Below, piece by piece: positions 38,723-52,446 of a DNA stretch of 64,000 nt. The DNA is from Chiloscyllium plagiosum (taxonomy: Eukaryota). Numbering within the stretch: position 1 is the first letter of the stretch; each line of letters starts with the position of its first letter. Under the pieces are notes generated by a model. It made no database searches and had not been told where the DNA came from. It saw only the letters and a list, made by a program, of their open reading frames with translations. The stretch is from contig NC_057718.1 in the NCBI RefSeq assembly GCF_004010195.1, forward strand, positions 14,783,598 to 14,847,597. The letters run 5' to 3'. Made by a program: the position numbers and the translations under genes.

Positions 38723-39050
38723 GAGGCGATGGCCCAGTGATAATACCACCAGACTATTTATCCAGAGACCCGTGTAATATTCCGAGGACCCATGTTCAAA
38801 TTCATCCATGGCAGATGGTGGAATTTGAATTTATTAAAAATCTGGACATTAGAGTCTGATGAGTCCATTGTCAATTGTCAGGAAAAGCCCATCTGGTTCA
38901 TTAATATCCTTTAGGGAAGGAAACTGCCATCCTTAGCCGGTCTGACTTCCATGTGACTCCAGACTCACAGTAATATGGTTGACTCTCAACTGCTCTCTGG
39001 GTAATTATGGATGGGTAATAAAGCTGACCTATTCATCCTGTGAAGGAATA
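38723..39050 (+). mobile_element. tRNA-derived SINE with a LINE-shared tail, nested in an old CR1 fragment
   Basis: GGCAGATGGTGGAATTTGAA and CCATCTGGTTCATTAAT. Homologous to 59793-60377. Confidence 0.75.
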
Positions 39051-40211
39051 TTTTAAAAGTTTAAAAATTCAATGACCCAGCCTCCACCGTCCTCTTGGCT
39101 ACAGAGATCCAAATACTCATGACTTTCAGAGAGAAAAAGATTGTCCTGATCTCCATTTTAAATTGTGTCCTGTGGCTCTGGTCACTCCTTCAAAGGGAAA
39201 TGGCCTCTACACATCCACCCTGTTAATTCTCCTCAAAATCTTATGTTTCAGTCAGATCACAATCTCCCATTCTTCTAAACTCCAATGGATACAGACCCAA
39301 TTTGACTAACTGTTCCTCACAAAATGACGCTTTCGTCCTAGGAATCAGTTTGCATGTAAGCTTTGTGAGCCTTTGCAATGGAGAGAGCAGTGCAATGCTG
39401 ACTACTACAAACAGATGGAGATTTAGCCCCCGGCCCCGTGGTTTCCCAATGGCAGCCGTGCTCATACACACTCATGACTTGCAAGAGGGAAAGGTGTCAG
39501 AATATAGTGGTTAGGTCATTAGATTGGTAGTGACCCAGAGATAGGAGTTCAAATCCCACTTCAGCACCTGCAGTAAATACTAAAAAAAAATTAAATTACA
39601 TTTGGAACTAATATGTGACTCATAATACTGGGTTTGACTCCTAAATGCCTTGTGGGGTGGCTATATAGCAGGTCTCTCAAGAGCATACAGCAGAATGGCT
39701 CACCACTATCTTGTCAAGGATATCTGGACATGGTGAGCAAGGGCTAGACTTATCAGAGACACCCAGTTTCCAGGAATGAACTTATTTTAAAAAAACCCAG
39801 AATGTGTATTTATTATAGTGTCCTTAACACGTAAATCCTTTCGAACTTCACAGGGAACTAAGGAAAGGAATTGAGGTCAAGCCTCAGGAAATAGAAGTGA
39901 AGCAAGGGCAAAGGATGAGTTTTGAAAAGGTTTTTGAAGGAGGGTTGAAAAGTGAAAAGTTGGGATCTCAATGTCGTCAACCCTTTTAGAGTTCACACAC
40001 TAGAATCTCTGCCCAACATCTCTCCATTTCCCTCCTGCTTGGTCAAACACTCGGTGACTCCTCTCACTCCTCCTTCTTACATCCTTCCTTTGCTAAGTGT
40101 ACACTTGGGTTTTTTGACTAATACCTCTCCTAGGTATCTTTGGGTGGTTGCTGTTTAGTAATGGGTGCAGTCATGGGGATGCAGAGTGCTCCCACAAAGG
40201 AGTCATATCCA

Positions 40212-40472
40212 CAGAGTCATCCAGCATGGAAACAGACTCTTCGGTCCAACCAGTCCAAACCGGACATAATCCCAAACTAAACTAGTCCCACTTGCCTGCA
40301 CCTGGCCCATATCCCTCCAAATATTTCCTATTCATGTATCTATCTAAATACCTTTTGAACCTTGTAACTGTGCCCACATCCATCACTTTCTCAGGAAGTT
40401 CATTCCATATGCACACCAGCCTCTGTGCAAAAAAATTGCTACTTATGACTTTTTAAAATCTCTTTCCTCTCA
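40212..40472 (-). mobile_element. CR1/HER1 3' end
   Basis: CAGCATGGAAACAGAC...CTAGTCCCACTTGCC. Confidence 0.8.
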
Positions 40473-41461
40473 CGGAACGAAGATGAGAATGAATCAGCCA
40501 AACAGAACATATACACAAATTCCTAATGGTGGAAAGCCGCTGCACCCAGAAAAGACAATCCAGTACTCTGTTGCATTGTGTGTAATCTTTTCAAATACAG
40601 AGACAATAAATCACAAGCAAGCTGTAAACTCGCCCTACTCGAGTAAGATCTGATTCCCAGTACCCCCCATGGGATACTATTATGTTATTTTAAAACCACT
40701 GTTAAAATATCCGTGTAAAAAAAGCAAAATATGAGATAAATTATGCAGGTGACAGAATTTACAGTCACTTTTTCACAACACCGTCAGTAAAAGTTTACAC
40801 ACGATCCTCTGTCAGCATAACGGCTGAATCAACCACTTTTTGAAAACAAAACTCCATCCTGGATTAAAAAGACTGAGGAAAGCTTTTAAAAGAAAAATTA
40901 ACTGATCTAGTTATTGAAGTCGTCACTTCTGATTGATAGTAAGTGAGCTGTAACTCCTGACTAATTGCAGGACAAATACATAAGCATCAATGCATCAGGG
41001 ATTATTAACGACTCCCATCTTTTATCTGACACTTTGTTGGGCCGTAAATGTCATTCTCCTAAACAGTATAACTGTATCACCAGCTCCGACAACGCCAGGC
41101 TCTGCTCTATTCACCAGGCACCCGGTCATGCACTTGTAGGCTATTGTCTGGGACAGTTTAACAAAGCAATACATCAACCCAACTCTGAACACTTTGGTAT
41201 CGACTTGTGCAGGGTGAGGGCCTAGGGATTGTTGCTGCAAGGCCAGGGGCTGAGAAACAAAACATAACATGAATGAGATTTTTAAAAAGTGACTCAGAGA
41301 TAAGAGGTGAGCCGAGGCCGAGCAATGAAGAGCAACCTGAAAGGAAAAGTGATACACAGCAGATGGAAATAGCACCTCAAACTTGTGGAACACGGTCAAT
41401 GAAGAAAAACAGCCACTGAGTGGCGGGTGGGATGTGTCAACACGTTAAAAGTATGATATAT

Positions 41462-41646
41462 AAAGTCAGAACTCACACCAGGTCACCACAATCACAAGCT
41501 TTCGGAGCACAGCCCTTTCGTCAGGTGCCGAAGGGGCAGCATTCCAAAAGGTTGTGATTTCAAATAAACCTGTTGGAGTCTAACCTAGTGTCATGTGACA
41601 TCTGACCTTGTCCTCCCCAGTCCAACAGTGGCACCTGCACACCATG
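41462..41646 (+). mobile_element. PLE family C fold-back insertion
   Basis: Inverted arms with a hammerhead on the minus arm. TSD ATGATATATAA at 41453-41463 / 41644-41654. Confidence 0.7.
41496..41525 (-). ncRNA. minimal hammerhead ribozyme core (family C)
   Basis: Minus strand reads CAC-CTGACGA-AA-GGGC-TGT-GCTC-C-GAAA-GCT-T-GTG. Stem I is CAC:GTG and the palindrome is AGCT. Confidence 0.6.
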
Positions 41647-41799
41647 ATATATAAGTGCAACTGTTCTCTGGCATAGGCATGAACAACAAGCATGCTCTCA
41701 CCAATATGGATTCATTAATATGATATCTCATGTCATTTTGAGGCTCCATGCTTGAAAGTATGAAGTCGATATAGGATTCCATTGGAACTATGGCAGACA

Positions 41800-42680
41800 G
41801 AAAACAGGCTGTTTGACCCAACCTGCCATCTCCTGTCTTTTCTCTCCTGAATCCCATATTGTCATCCTTTATTCCTATCTTCCTCTATCTAGCTTTCCTA
41901 TAAATGCATCTATGCTATTCACTTCAACTACTCCCGGTGGAGGTGAGTTCTCCATTCTCACCACTCTTTGGTTTCTTCTGAATTCTCTCTCTACTCACTC
42001 GATTAAAACTGTTTAGAACCCTATTGACCTCAATGAGGTCTCCCCTCAGCCTTCCCATTTCAAGTGAGAAAAAAGTGCCTTTCATCCTCTCCTCAGCAAT
42101 ATACCCACATGCCTGGTATCATCATTATAAGTCTTCTCCTCACACTCTCAAATGCCTCTATATTGTTTTATAACATGACAGCCAGAACTGCAAACTTAAT
42201 GTGGTCTATCAAAGATTTGACACAGCTTGAGAACAGCGTCCCAACTTTTTAAATCTCTCTCTCTCAAGAAATAAAAGTTATGTATTGTTTCCTTATTTTT
42301 ACTTTCTCATCCGGAATGCAACTTTCGATGACTGATGCATTTGGTCACCTTTTATATCTGATCGATACTGGCTCCTTGCGAAAATAAGTGATCTCCCTGT
42401 TCTTTGTAATGTACGAACTCCATTTATCTGTGTCAAATATCAGTTGACAATTACTTGTACATTTGATAACTGTATTCATGTCCCCCTCAGCATTGACGAA
42501 ATCCCCACATTTGGTGCAATCTGCAAATTTAGACATTGTGTCTTTCTTTGTGAAGTCTGAGATGTTAATGTAAATTGAGAACAGCAATGGTCCTACGTCG
42601 GCTCTTGTGGCCCCCACTTCTCATTTTCTGCTTCTCTGAATGACTAGCCTTTAATCCCACTCACTGCTTTAGCCTTCATG
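41800..42680 (-). mobile_element. old CR1 RT/3' remnant
   Basis: Minus peptide GPLLFSIYI...MSKFADCTK. Confidence 0.75.
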
Positions 42681-43019
42681 CCCAACCTGTAATTCCCTCA
42701 ACTCCTCATGGCTCATTACATATGCAGCAAAACACAGTACAAAATCTGAAAGAGTGAGGGGCAATAGAATCTGAGGATCCTGTTGGGAAGCTGAGGAGCA
42801 ACAGGGGATAAATGATTCCACTGGCTTGGTATGAGAGGAACAATGTCAGTAAATGATTAGACAGGAGTGTACAACATATGCAAGAGTCACCACCTCTTGA
42901 AAAAAACAGCCACACAAGGGGGAAGGTCAGGCTTGCTCACACAGGAGCTCTGCTCCCAGGTTTCCACCCCCAGGCTCATTGTCATTGCTCATCTGACAAT
43001 CCTTGGAGGTCAGGGCAGC

Positions 43020-43380
43020 TCAGCACAGCTCAAAAAGACAAATCTCAACTTTATAACGGGCTTCAGGACATCCCCAAGTCCTTTTGAGGTATAGTCACTG
43101 CTGTAACGTAAGAAACATGACAGCCAATTTCCACACAGCAAGCTGCCAATGACTAGTTAATCAGTTTTCCAATGATGCTGAGAGATAAGTGTTGGTGAGG
43201 ACACCAGGGCTAACTTTCTTAAAATACTGAATCAACATCCAGTGGCCTCAGTTTAATGGCTCAACTGAGCACCTCTGACAGATGCAGAATATCCCCAATA
43301 CTGCATTGGAATAGCACCCTGGATTATGAATCCAGTCTCCCAAGTGAGACTTGAATCCACACCTTTCTGACCCAGGAAGG
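43020..43380 (-). mobile_element. Deu-domain SINE remnant
   Basis: GAGACTTGAATCCACACCTTTCTGAC is the head reverse complement. Confidence 0.55.
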
Positions 43381-44160
43381 GCTGTTAGCCCGGGGCAGTG
43401 CAGTTATGACAACAGCTAGTGGGGGAGCATGGGAGCTTACAAAATAAGTGATAAAATGCACAAGAAGACCAATATGTGTGAGAAGCCTGTGACCACAATA
43501 TGCCCCCCGATATGGAATAAGAGCAGTAGGCTACCCATGAGCCTGCCCGGCCGTTCAACAAGATCAAAGCTGATTTGCCCCACACTTAGTGAATGATTCG
43601 GACAGAAATCATACTGCCAATGGCCTAGTAAATGATAAATTAAGTCTACTGTGCAAAATTGGGAGTTGCACAGCACACACACGGAGCACCTTGCAATCCC
43701 GATGGCATCATCCCAATGCCAAAACTATGTTTAATGTCACCAAATAAATGTGTTCACAGCATCTTGAGTGCAATCCCCATGTGGAGAAAGGTATTTGTGG
43801 AATTTCCTGTTCAACTCCTTGCTAAAACTCATTCACCAACACAATCAAAAGCAGCAGTCAAATGACCTGTGGAATATGTGGTGAACAACAGAGCCCAAGG
43901 GAGGGAGAAGAGGTACCAATTATAATTAAATGTGCATAAGGGCCAAATTAAACACACTATTAAACAGCTGCCCCATTGTGACAATGTACTTGCCAAAATG
44001 GTCTGATCTGGAAAATCCTCACCCAATGGTGCAATAGTAATTTTACGGATTTACACAGAACACACTTCAGGACATCCCAGCCTCTCAAATTGATGCACTG
44101 CATCTGAAAATGGTGAGTAGTGTTTCTTGCTGGTTTAAGGTTTCAAATCAAGCCCAACAT

Positions 44161-44456
44161 GAAATCCCTCCAGTGTGGAAGCAGACCATCTGAGTCAACA
44201 TTGACCCCCTAAGAGCATCCCATCCAGACCCACCCCCTTACCTATCCCTGTAATTCTACATTTCTGGCTAATCTACCTAGCCTGCATATCCCTGCACACC
44301 AAGGGCAACTTAGCATGGTCAATCCGTATAACTTGCACACCTTTGGACTGTGGGAGGAAACCAGAGCAACACAGATAGTCATCAGAGGGGGGAATCAAAC
44401 CCAGGTCCCTGGATCTGTGAGGCAGCAATGCTAACCACTGAGCCACCACGCTGCCC
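44161..44456 (-). mobile_element. HE1-type V-SINE
   Basis: Head GCTAACCACTGAGCCACCACGCTGCCC. Confidence 0.85.
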
Positions 44457-47400
44457 AAGAATGAGAATTTAAAAAAAGCAGTATGGCTTGTACGATTCCA
44501 CCTACACCAGTCACCCTGACCTGCCAAAGCAGTTTCCCTCATCATTGCACCCAGCACAAAATGTTATGTCCTGTCTTCTGTCTATACATTCAGAACATCT
44601 ATACGTTCTATACATCTTTCTCCATTTGTTCTGCGTGAAACATGGCCCTATGGCAGGAAGTAATGGAATGCCCTCTGCCAACATGCCATGTAAAAGCAGG
44701 CTCTCACATTAATAGCTGCATAAAGCCGCTTGTCTCTCTGAAAAGAAATTCTCAAATCTGAGAGCAGAGGACAGGTTTCATTCAGAGAATTGTGTCAGAC
44801 TATGATGGAGTTGGTAGTTCCAGTTTCAAACAATACAAACCAGTGATAAGGCAGTCATGCCACTCATTCCAGTCACAGAAATCCCTCAGCACCTCAACCA
44901 AGAGGTTGCTGGAGGGAGAGAGGGCTGAATAAACCTCTGGGAGCTTGTTTCTTGGTCGAGAAACACAAGCAACTAATGAGAAAGATGTTGCTTTGAAATG
45001 GGTTGCCCAGAGCGACTGGTTGCAAAGATAAGAGTTTATCCCCTCTGGGTCTGAACTCCGTATCATTGCTGAAAATAAAAACAGAGTGCCCGACTCAGAT
45101 TGACAACACGCTGAGTATGAACAGAGGCCCGAGAGAGCTGGAAGGAAATGCAAGGCAACAGGTACATGGCGAGAAGCAAAAACTACAGCACAAAGATAAT
45201 TGCTAGATTTCCCTCAGGGGAAGAGACAGAAGGATTTATCAAACAGCTAAATATAAGAAATGAAAAGAAGCCCAGTCGTGTGCGAGGAGGTGGTTAAGCC
45301 TTTGGAGGCTGGACAGAAAGGTAGAGAAAAGTATAATGGAGAACTAGTAATATAAGGAAGCAGGAAAGAAAGGAGATGGGTTCAATATAGAGGGCAACGG
45401 AGGATTAGTCAAGTGAAGAGAGGAAATGAGAAAAGCAGATTGCAATGGCCACAAAGGGAAATAGTCAAGTCATTTTGCTGAGTTATATACTTTTTGATGC
45501 TTAGAGAACAGGCAAAACACAGAATAGTGCACAGACCTGAGTAACAGACAGAGTAATTAAAATAGGAAACTTAAAAACAAAGAACAAGCAGTAAATATTG
45601 TAAATCTGGAAATAAAACGTCCACATATTGCTGGAAAGGTTCAGGCCTGTGTGGTGTTTGCCCTCAGTAATTAGTAAAGGCATACTTGGAGTATCCAGGT
45701 ACCTAACATTTCTCAGAAAAACTCAAAGAACTGTGGATGATAGAAATCAGAAACAAAAGCAGAAATTACAAAAGAAATTTAGCAGTTCTGGCAGCAGCTG
45801 TGGAGAGAAAGCAGAGCTAACGTTTCAGGTCTAGTGACCAGCACTTTTTATTTCTGTTAATGAAAGGGATGGTGATTGTTCTTCACAGCGTGAGTCTGGA
45901 CTTGATGGGTTGAATGGCCTCCTTCTATGCCCTAATGACTCTGTAAGTCTCTATTTCAGCTTTAAATGCAAATGGAAATCTATCTTATGAGGTTAGATGG
46001 TCTTCTGCTTTTATTACCACAAAGAATAGTGTTTTGTATACAGATACTCCAATATGAATTAACCTTTACAGAGTTGCAGAGGTGTAGAACGCTGAGTTCA
46101 ATTATTGAAGATCATAATCTCTGTCTTCATTTTTCTAAATTTTTTGTGTTTTTGTGCAGGCTTCTTTTTTTTACTTGTCCCTTCAAGTTGAAATCTGGAC
46201 AGAAGCCATATTTCTTTCCTCATACCCTTTGGCTTTTGCCAGTTATTCTGCCCTGTCTTCCATCCTATCAGAGATGTTCCTTTCTTTTCTTCCTGCCCCC
46301 TCCTAGCTGAAAAACGCAGATATTTCTATCCATCCATCCATTCTGCTGAAAGGTCATTGACCTGAAGCAGTAATGCTGTTTGTCACCCTACAGCTGCTGT
46401 CTGATCTTCTAAGCATTCCTAGCTTTGGTATGCACAGTTATAGATACCAGGCAAACTGTCCATCCATCTAAATGTTCATGAGAACTACTACCTGCCCTTG
46501 CATTGTTCTTGGGACACCTTCTGGCTCTGACACTGGACTCTGCCTTTTGTTTTTAGTTAATCATCCTTCTTGGATGAGTAACGGAAACAGATCTTCAAGT
46601 GAAGAGGATGCTGTATCTGAATTTAATGAAATCTGTGAGGCAGCCCCTATTTGCAGGTCTGTAGCCATCCTCAAGAGTACAGACCAAACCCACTCAGTGC
46701 TGTACACTGATCTGTATACAAACCTTGGGAGGTGTACAGAGTATCTGGGGACAGAGTGCTCCAGGAAGACCACATTTCTACTTGGGAACGTGCACAGTAA
46801 CAGAACATGATGAAAAGGTTTCTATTTCCTTCATGGTGATGAAGCAGTGCCCACAGCACTGAAAGTTACTATCATCCATCTCATGCCAGCTACACTGCTC
46901 CACTGTGCAAGGGAACACAGACAGTATGGACTGCAGAAAGTGGGAATACAAAGCACTGAGGGATTGCTTTCAAATACTACACAGTCTTCCCACCTGGTTG
47001 ACCCTTGTACACCGCTCCTTTGAAAGCAGCTTGCACTGTACAGGTTACAGCCCCCGAATGCAATGCCTCAATAATCGCTGGTCAAACAAAAGACCCCAGG
47101 CTGTTTCTAGTGACGCACATGTCCTCTGAACATCTTGAGTTCAACTGAAATTCTTTAATGCTATCACATTAACATGATTAATAAATTCCCCTGTCTCACC
47201 TCTGCCATTTTCAGCTGCTGGTCTGGGACCAAAGTGAAAAGAGTGAGGTAAAGGTGCCCATCAATATTGAAGAATTAGCAGCCTTCACTTGACAGCTATT
47301 GGGGCTTAAATGCAGGTGCTTAATTCAGCAGGACTGCTCTGAGTGCCTACTCAAGATTACAAAATGCTAGACTTCACAAGAGGGCTGAAATAAAAACAGA

Positions 47401-48585
47401 TTGACAAAGCTACCTCTTCCCCTTTAATATAGAAATGTGTATGAAGGAGCCATTGATTGGGTGAGGAAGAAAACGTAAAACAAGATTAATGTACCTGTAG
47501 GTCTTCAGCTGAGGAAGATGGGGTGGAGATGGTATACACAAAAGCCTACTTCCTGATGGATGAATGCAGGTGAGAAGGCATGCAGGTGAATGGATTTTGT
47601 ATTCTTCAATCTCAACTCAAATTACAACTAAGTTGGGCTAAGCGGTTTTCCTAACAGCTTCCAAACATTAAAATAAAACTTGTGGCTGCCTTCACTGGGA
47701 ATAATAGCATTCAGATAGTCTCTTTTGACCAATTCTATCTGGTGGGCACTCAGTGTGCATTGAGTTAGTTTAAAGTAATGGAAATTACTCTGCCAAGGAA
47801 AACAGTCAGGAATAACAATACTCATGATGAGACATTCCAGTTGCAACTTATCACATGAAATAATCTCACATGATTAATTACTTTTGAAATGCAGTGATTT
47901 GTGATTAAAGCCCTCATTTTGAGACTGAATGTAATCCAATAAATCTTTCTCCAAAGTTTGATAAAAATGAGAAAGACTTGCGTTTCATGACTTCAGGGCA
48001 CCCAAAAGTAGTTTACATTCAATTGAATTCTTCTCAAGTGTAGAAACTACTGTAGGGTCAGAAATGGGACAGCTGGTTTGCACACAGCAAGATCCCACCA
48101 ATGCAAATATGATAATGCCCAATACATACCTCTCAGTCACGCTGCTTGTTCACCATCCTCCAACAACGGCAAGATGCCAGGTCGGGGGGATGTGGATGGG
48201 GAGGAGGAGAGGATGGTGGAAAGCAGCAGAATTGGTTGCAACACCATACTGGCCTCCTGCTCCCATCCCCATTGTGTTTTACCTACAGGAGGAAATCCAG
48301 GTCACCTACTATTCCCCTCTCCAGGGCCTGCAGCCTGGTTCCAAAACAATTCCATACTTACTACTTTGCCAGACTCTCCTCAGATCAATTACTTGAGCTT
48401 ACTGACACACTGGAACCAGGACATGCTGGTAGCTCTTGGAGCCAGTGAAAGGCCCAATGACCATTAAATGGCAGCAGGGTGAGCTGGCCAAGGGCATGCA
48501 GTCTCATCTCTTCCCTCTATCCAGGGTCAAATTTAACACAATATTACCATGGGATGTTGAGTGTCCATCTGAGAAGGGCAGTACA

Positions 48586-49160
48586 AGAGTCATGTTATAG
48601 CTGTACAAGACATTGGTGAGGCCACATTTGGAGCACTGCGTATAATTCTGGTCGCCCTGCTTATAGGAAGGATGTTATTAAACTTGAGAAGGTGTAAAAA
48701 AGATTTATAAGCATGTAACTGAGATTGGAGGGCTTGAGTTATAAGGAGAGGCTGAGCAGACTGGGGCTATTTTTCCTGCAGCGTCAGAGGCTGAGGGGTG
48801 ACCTTATAGGGGTTATAAAATCATGAGGGGCAAAGGTAAGGTGAATAGACAAGGATTTTTTTCCCCAGGTTAGGGGAGTCCAAAACTAGAGGGCATAGGT
48901 TTAAGTAGAGAGGGAAAGATTTAAAAGGGACCTAAAGGGCAACTTCTTTCACTCAGAGGGTGGTGTGTGTATGGAATAAGCTGGCAGAGGATGTGGTGGA
49001 GGCTGATGCAGTTGTAACATTTAAAAAGCATCTGGATGGGGATATAAACAGGAAGAGGGATATGGGCCAAATACTGGCAAATGGTACTAGATTTATTTAG
49101 GATATCTGGTTGGCATGAACAAGTTGAACCATTTCTGTGCTGAATATCTCCATGATTCTA
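48586..49160 (+). mobile_element. CR1/HER1 3' end nested in a Deu-SINE
   Basis: CTGTACAAGACATTGGTGAGGCCACATTTGGAG encodes LYKTLVRPHLE. Confidence 0.9.
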
Positions 49161-50227
49161 TGGCAGACGGGGCCTGGATTTAACAGCCCAACTACACCAT
49201 AGCACCTTTAACCGTGCAGCGCTCCTTCAGTATTACAATAGAGTATCTCCTGAGTTCTCATTCACGGGTTCCTGGAGTGGAACTTGTATCCATAATCCTC
49301 TGAGTCAGAGACAAAGAGTTTTGTCCTCAGCTCTGCCACATGTACTGGACTGATTGAACCAAAGGCTCTGTTTCCATGCTGTATGACTCTATGTGTCTAA
49401 CGCATATGTACAAATGAGTGACTAAGCCACTACCAATAGATGAAAATAATCAATGGGTATTTTTCTTCAGCTAACGTTTGGATAACATCATTTGTTTGAG
49501 GCATAGCCCTAGACAGCCTGCAGGGGGGCTTTTAAAGCCAGCCATCATGGAGCCCAAAGCCAGGGCTAGGGGAGGTTCAAGATCTGCTGGGGGAGGCACA
49601 AGGCTTGTCTGAGATGGGAGGGTGTGAGGGGTGCAGTTCAATGCTTGCAGGGTTTAGTTCAAGATCTACCTGAATTAGTGTCCTTTAAGTCCATTCGTAC
49701 TCCCAGTGGAATTCAATGGCTTTATTTTCCTGGAAATTAATTTCACAGCTTGGGGTGACATAATCAACTTCATTTTCAAAGTTCTAAAGTTTCACGTGAG
49801 TGCTTTACTAGCACACAACTTGCTGAAAATCAATTTGTCAATTTCTTTAATAACCTTGAAATTTACAAAGAATGTAAGCTCAACTTCTTCTTGATCTGAA
49901 ACTTCTGACATTGGATTCTAATTTTTGTTTGCTAAGATCCTCATATCCATAAAATGTCTGTTAAATCATTCTGTCTGATTCGTATTTCCCCAATGCCACC
50001 TTCACTATGAGAACACATTTGCATGAAACTCAACTGAGACTGTGGGCTATCTCCCAAATTGATGGGCTCAATCCCATTTACTTCCTGGAAACATTCTGTG
50101 AAATGTCTGCTCAAATTGGAATGCACTTAAAGAAAAATATGTCGATACAGCAAGACAGTGGGCAAATTGGTGAACTCTCCAAAGCAGCCAATATCGGTAT
50201 GATGAGCCAAAGTGCCATCCTGTATTT

Positions 50228-50926
50228 TATAGAGTCATAGAGATGTACAGCGTGGAAACAGACCCTTTGGTCCAACCCGTCCATGCCGACCAGATATCCC
50301 AACCCAATCTAGTCCCACCTGCCAACACCCGTCCCATATCCCTCCAAACCCTTCCTATTCATATACCCATCCAGATGCCTTTTAAATGTTGCAATTGTAC
50401 CAGCCTCCACCACTTCCTCTGGCAGTTCATTCCATCACGTATCACCCTCTGAGTGAAAAAGTTACCCCGTAGGTCTCTCTTATATCTTTCCCCTCTCACC
50501 CTAAACCTATGCCCTCTAGTTCTGAACTCCCCCGCCCCAGTAAAATACTTTGTCTATTTATCCTATCCATGCCCATGATTTTGTAAACCTCTATAAGGCC
50601 ACCCCTCAGCCTCTGATGCTCCAAGGAAAACAGACCCAGCCTATTCAGCCTCTCCTTATAGCTCAAATCCTCCAACCCTGGCAACATCCTTGTAAATCTT
50701 TTCTGAACCCTTTCAAGTTCCACAACATCTTTCCAATAGGAAGGAGATCAGAATTGCACGCAATATTCCAACAGTGGCCTAACCAATGTCCTGTACAGCC
50801 GCAAGATGACCTCCCAACTCCTTTACTCAATACTCTGACCAATAAAGGAAAGTATACCTTCCAAGGAAAGTATACCAATAAAGGAAACGCCTTCTTTATT
50901 ATCCTATCTACCTGTGATTCAACTTT
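50228..50926 (-). mobile_element. CR1/HER1 3' end
   Basis: ORF LERVQKRFTRMLPGLEDLSYKERLNRLGLFSLE. Confidence 0.92.
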
Positions 50927-50965
50927 TAAAACTCTAAAACCAAAGAGCAGATTAAACAAATACAA

Positions 50966-51226
50966 GGGCATGATGGCTCAGTGGTTAGCACTACTGCCTC
51001 ACAACGCCAGGGACCTGGGTTCGATTCCAGCCTCAGTTGATTGTGCAAATTCCACACAGACATTCTCTCCATGTCTGCATGGCTTTCATCTGGCTTCTCC
51101 AGTTTCCTCCACAGTCCAAAGATGTGCAGGTTAGGTGGGTTGGTCATGGGAAATGAAGAATTACAGGGAGAGAGTAGGGATTGGGGCTGGATAGGTTGCC
51201 CTCGGTGGGCAGAATGGCCTGCTTCC
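50966..51226 (+). mobile_element. HE1-type V-SINE
   Basis: A box TGGCTCAGTGG and B box GGTTCGATTCC. Confidence 0.85.
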
Positions 51227-51849
51227 AAATTTTCACAACAGCTGGGTTTAGGAGAAAAATGTTACTTGTCCCATTTGGCATTGCCATACAGTTCTAAATC
51301 ACTCTGACAAACTCCTTATCTGTTCTGAGCACAGTGTAATTATAGGATTGTCATCTAGGTTACTGTATGGCCTGACCTAAGTTAGACTCATCATTAATAG
51401 GACAGAGAGTGACAGCTGTATCCACATTTACAGTTAAACATAGAGGTAACCGATCCTCAAATGCATCAGAGCTTTGACTAAAATCTACCCTCGGTGTATC
51501 TTGCTGAGGTGCTATTTTTGAAATTGTTTGAGTGAGGTAGCAGGCAGATATTGCCCCTGTTTAAAAAGCCATCCTGCAGGGATAGTACACCTGAGAATGT
51601 TACAGATGAAATGCTGGGCTTATCAACTATCTGTCAAATCAGATGGGCTGTTTGGGATGACGGCACAGTTGGTACAATGTTATAACAAGGGTCTGCTGTA
51701 ATACCATTCTTTTGGTAATACTGCACATTTGCCATTTCTGAAGGCAATTTTTGGGAATACCTTTGAGAAAGCTATTTGTTGTACTAATGACAAGGCTGTT
51801 AAAATGCTTAACAAAGTCACTCAGTAAACAGGATGCCACTACCAAAGGC

Positions 51850-52412
51850 ACTTTGCCCTCTTCTGTGAACATTCCACAGGGACTGTTCCCTCTTTGACAC
51901 TCTGGTCCACTACTCTGCCATACCTAATACTCCCTCCCCACCCCCAAAAAGGGCCTTCCCACACAATCTCAGAAGGTGTAACACTTACCCTTACACCCTC
52001 ATTATATTCAAGGCCCCAGAAACCCCTCCCAGGCAATTTAGTTGTGTTTCTTTCAATCTAGTCTATTGTTTTCACTGCTCATAATGTGGCCTCCTCTACA
52101 CTGGCAAGACCAAACGTTGACTGCTTTGCAGTACACCTCCACTCTGTTCATGAGAATAACCCTGACCTTCTAGTTGGCGAAAGTGAGGACTGCAGAAGTT
52201 GGAGATTAGAGTCTAGATTAGAGTGGTGCTGGAAAAGCACAGCAGGTCAGGTAGCATCCGAGGAGCAGGAAAATCGACATTTTGGGCAAAAGCCCTTCAT
52301 TCCTGATGAAGTGCTTTTGCCTGAAACATTGATTTTCCTGCTCCTTGGATGCTGCCTGACCTGCTGTGCTTTCCCAGCACCACTCTAACCCTGACCTTCT
52401 ACTTGCCTGCCA
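51850..52412 (+). mobile_element. Penelope-like (Neptune-type) GIY-YIG endonuclease remnant
   Basis: 52034-52117 reads QFSCVSFNLVYCFHCS*CGLLYTGKTKR, followed by DCFAVHLHSV...PDL. Confidence 0.75.
52176..52388 (-). mobile_element. PLE family A fold-back insertion
   Basis: Perfect TSD TAACCCTGACCTTCTA at 52157-52172 / 52386-52401. Confidence 0.85.
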
Positions 52413-52446
52413 CTATCTGGTACTCTGGTGAAGAGTGGTAAGAAGT

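Noticed and set aside
46556..46810. Possible exon after the acceptor-like TTTTGTTTTTAG
   Set aside because: The peptide is not recognisable, there is no convincing donor, and no partner exons were found.
50550..51134. 194-aa plus-strand ORF
   Set aside because: It reads antisense through a CR1 3' end and runs into an HE1 SINE.
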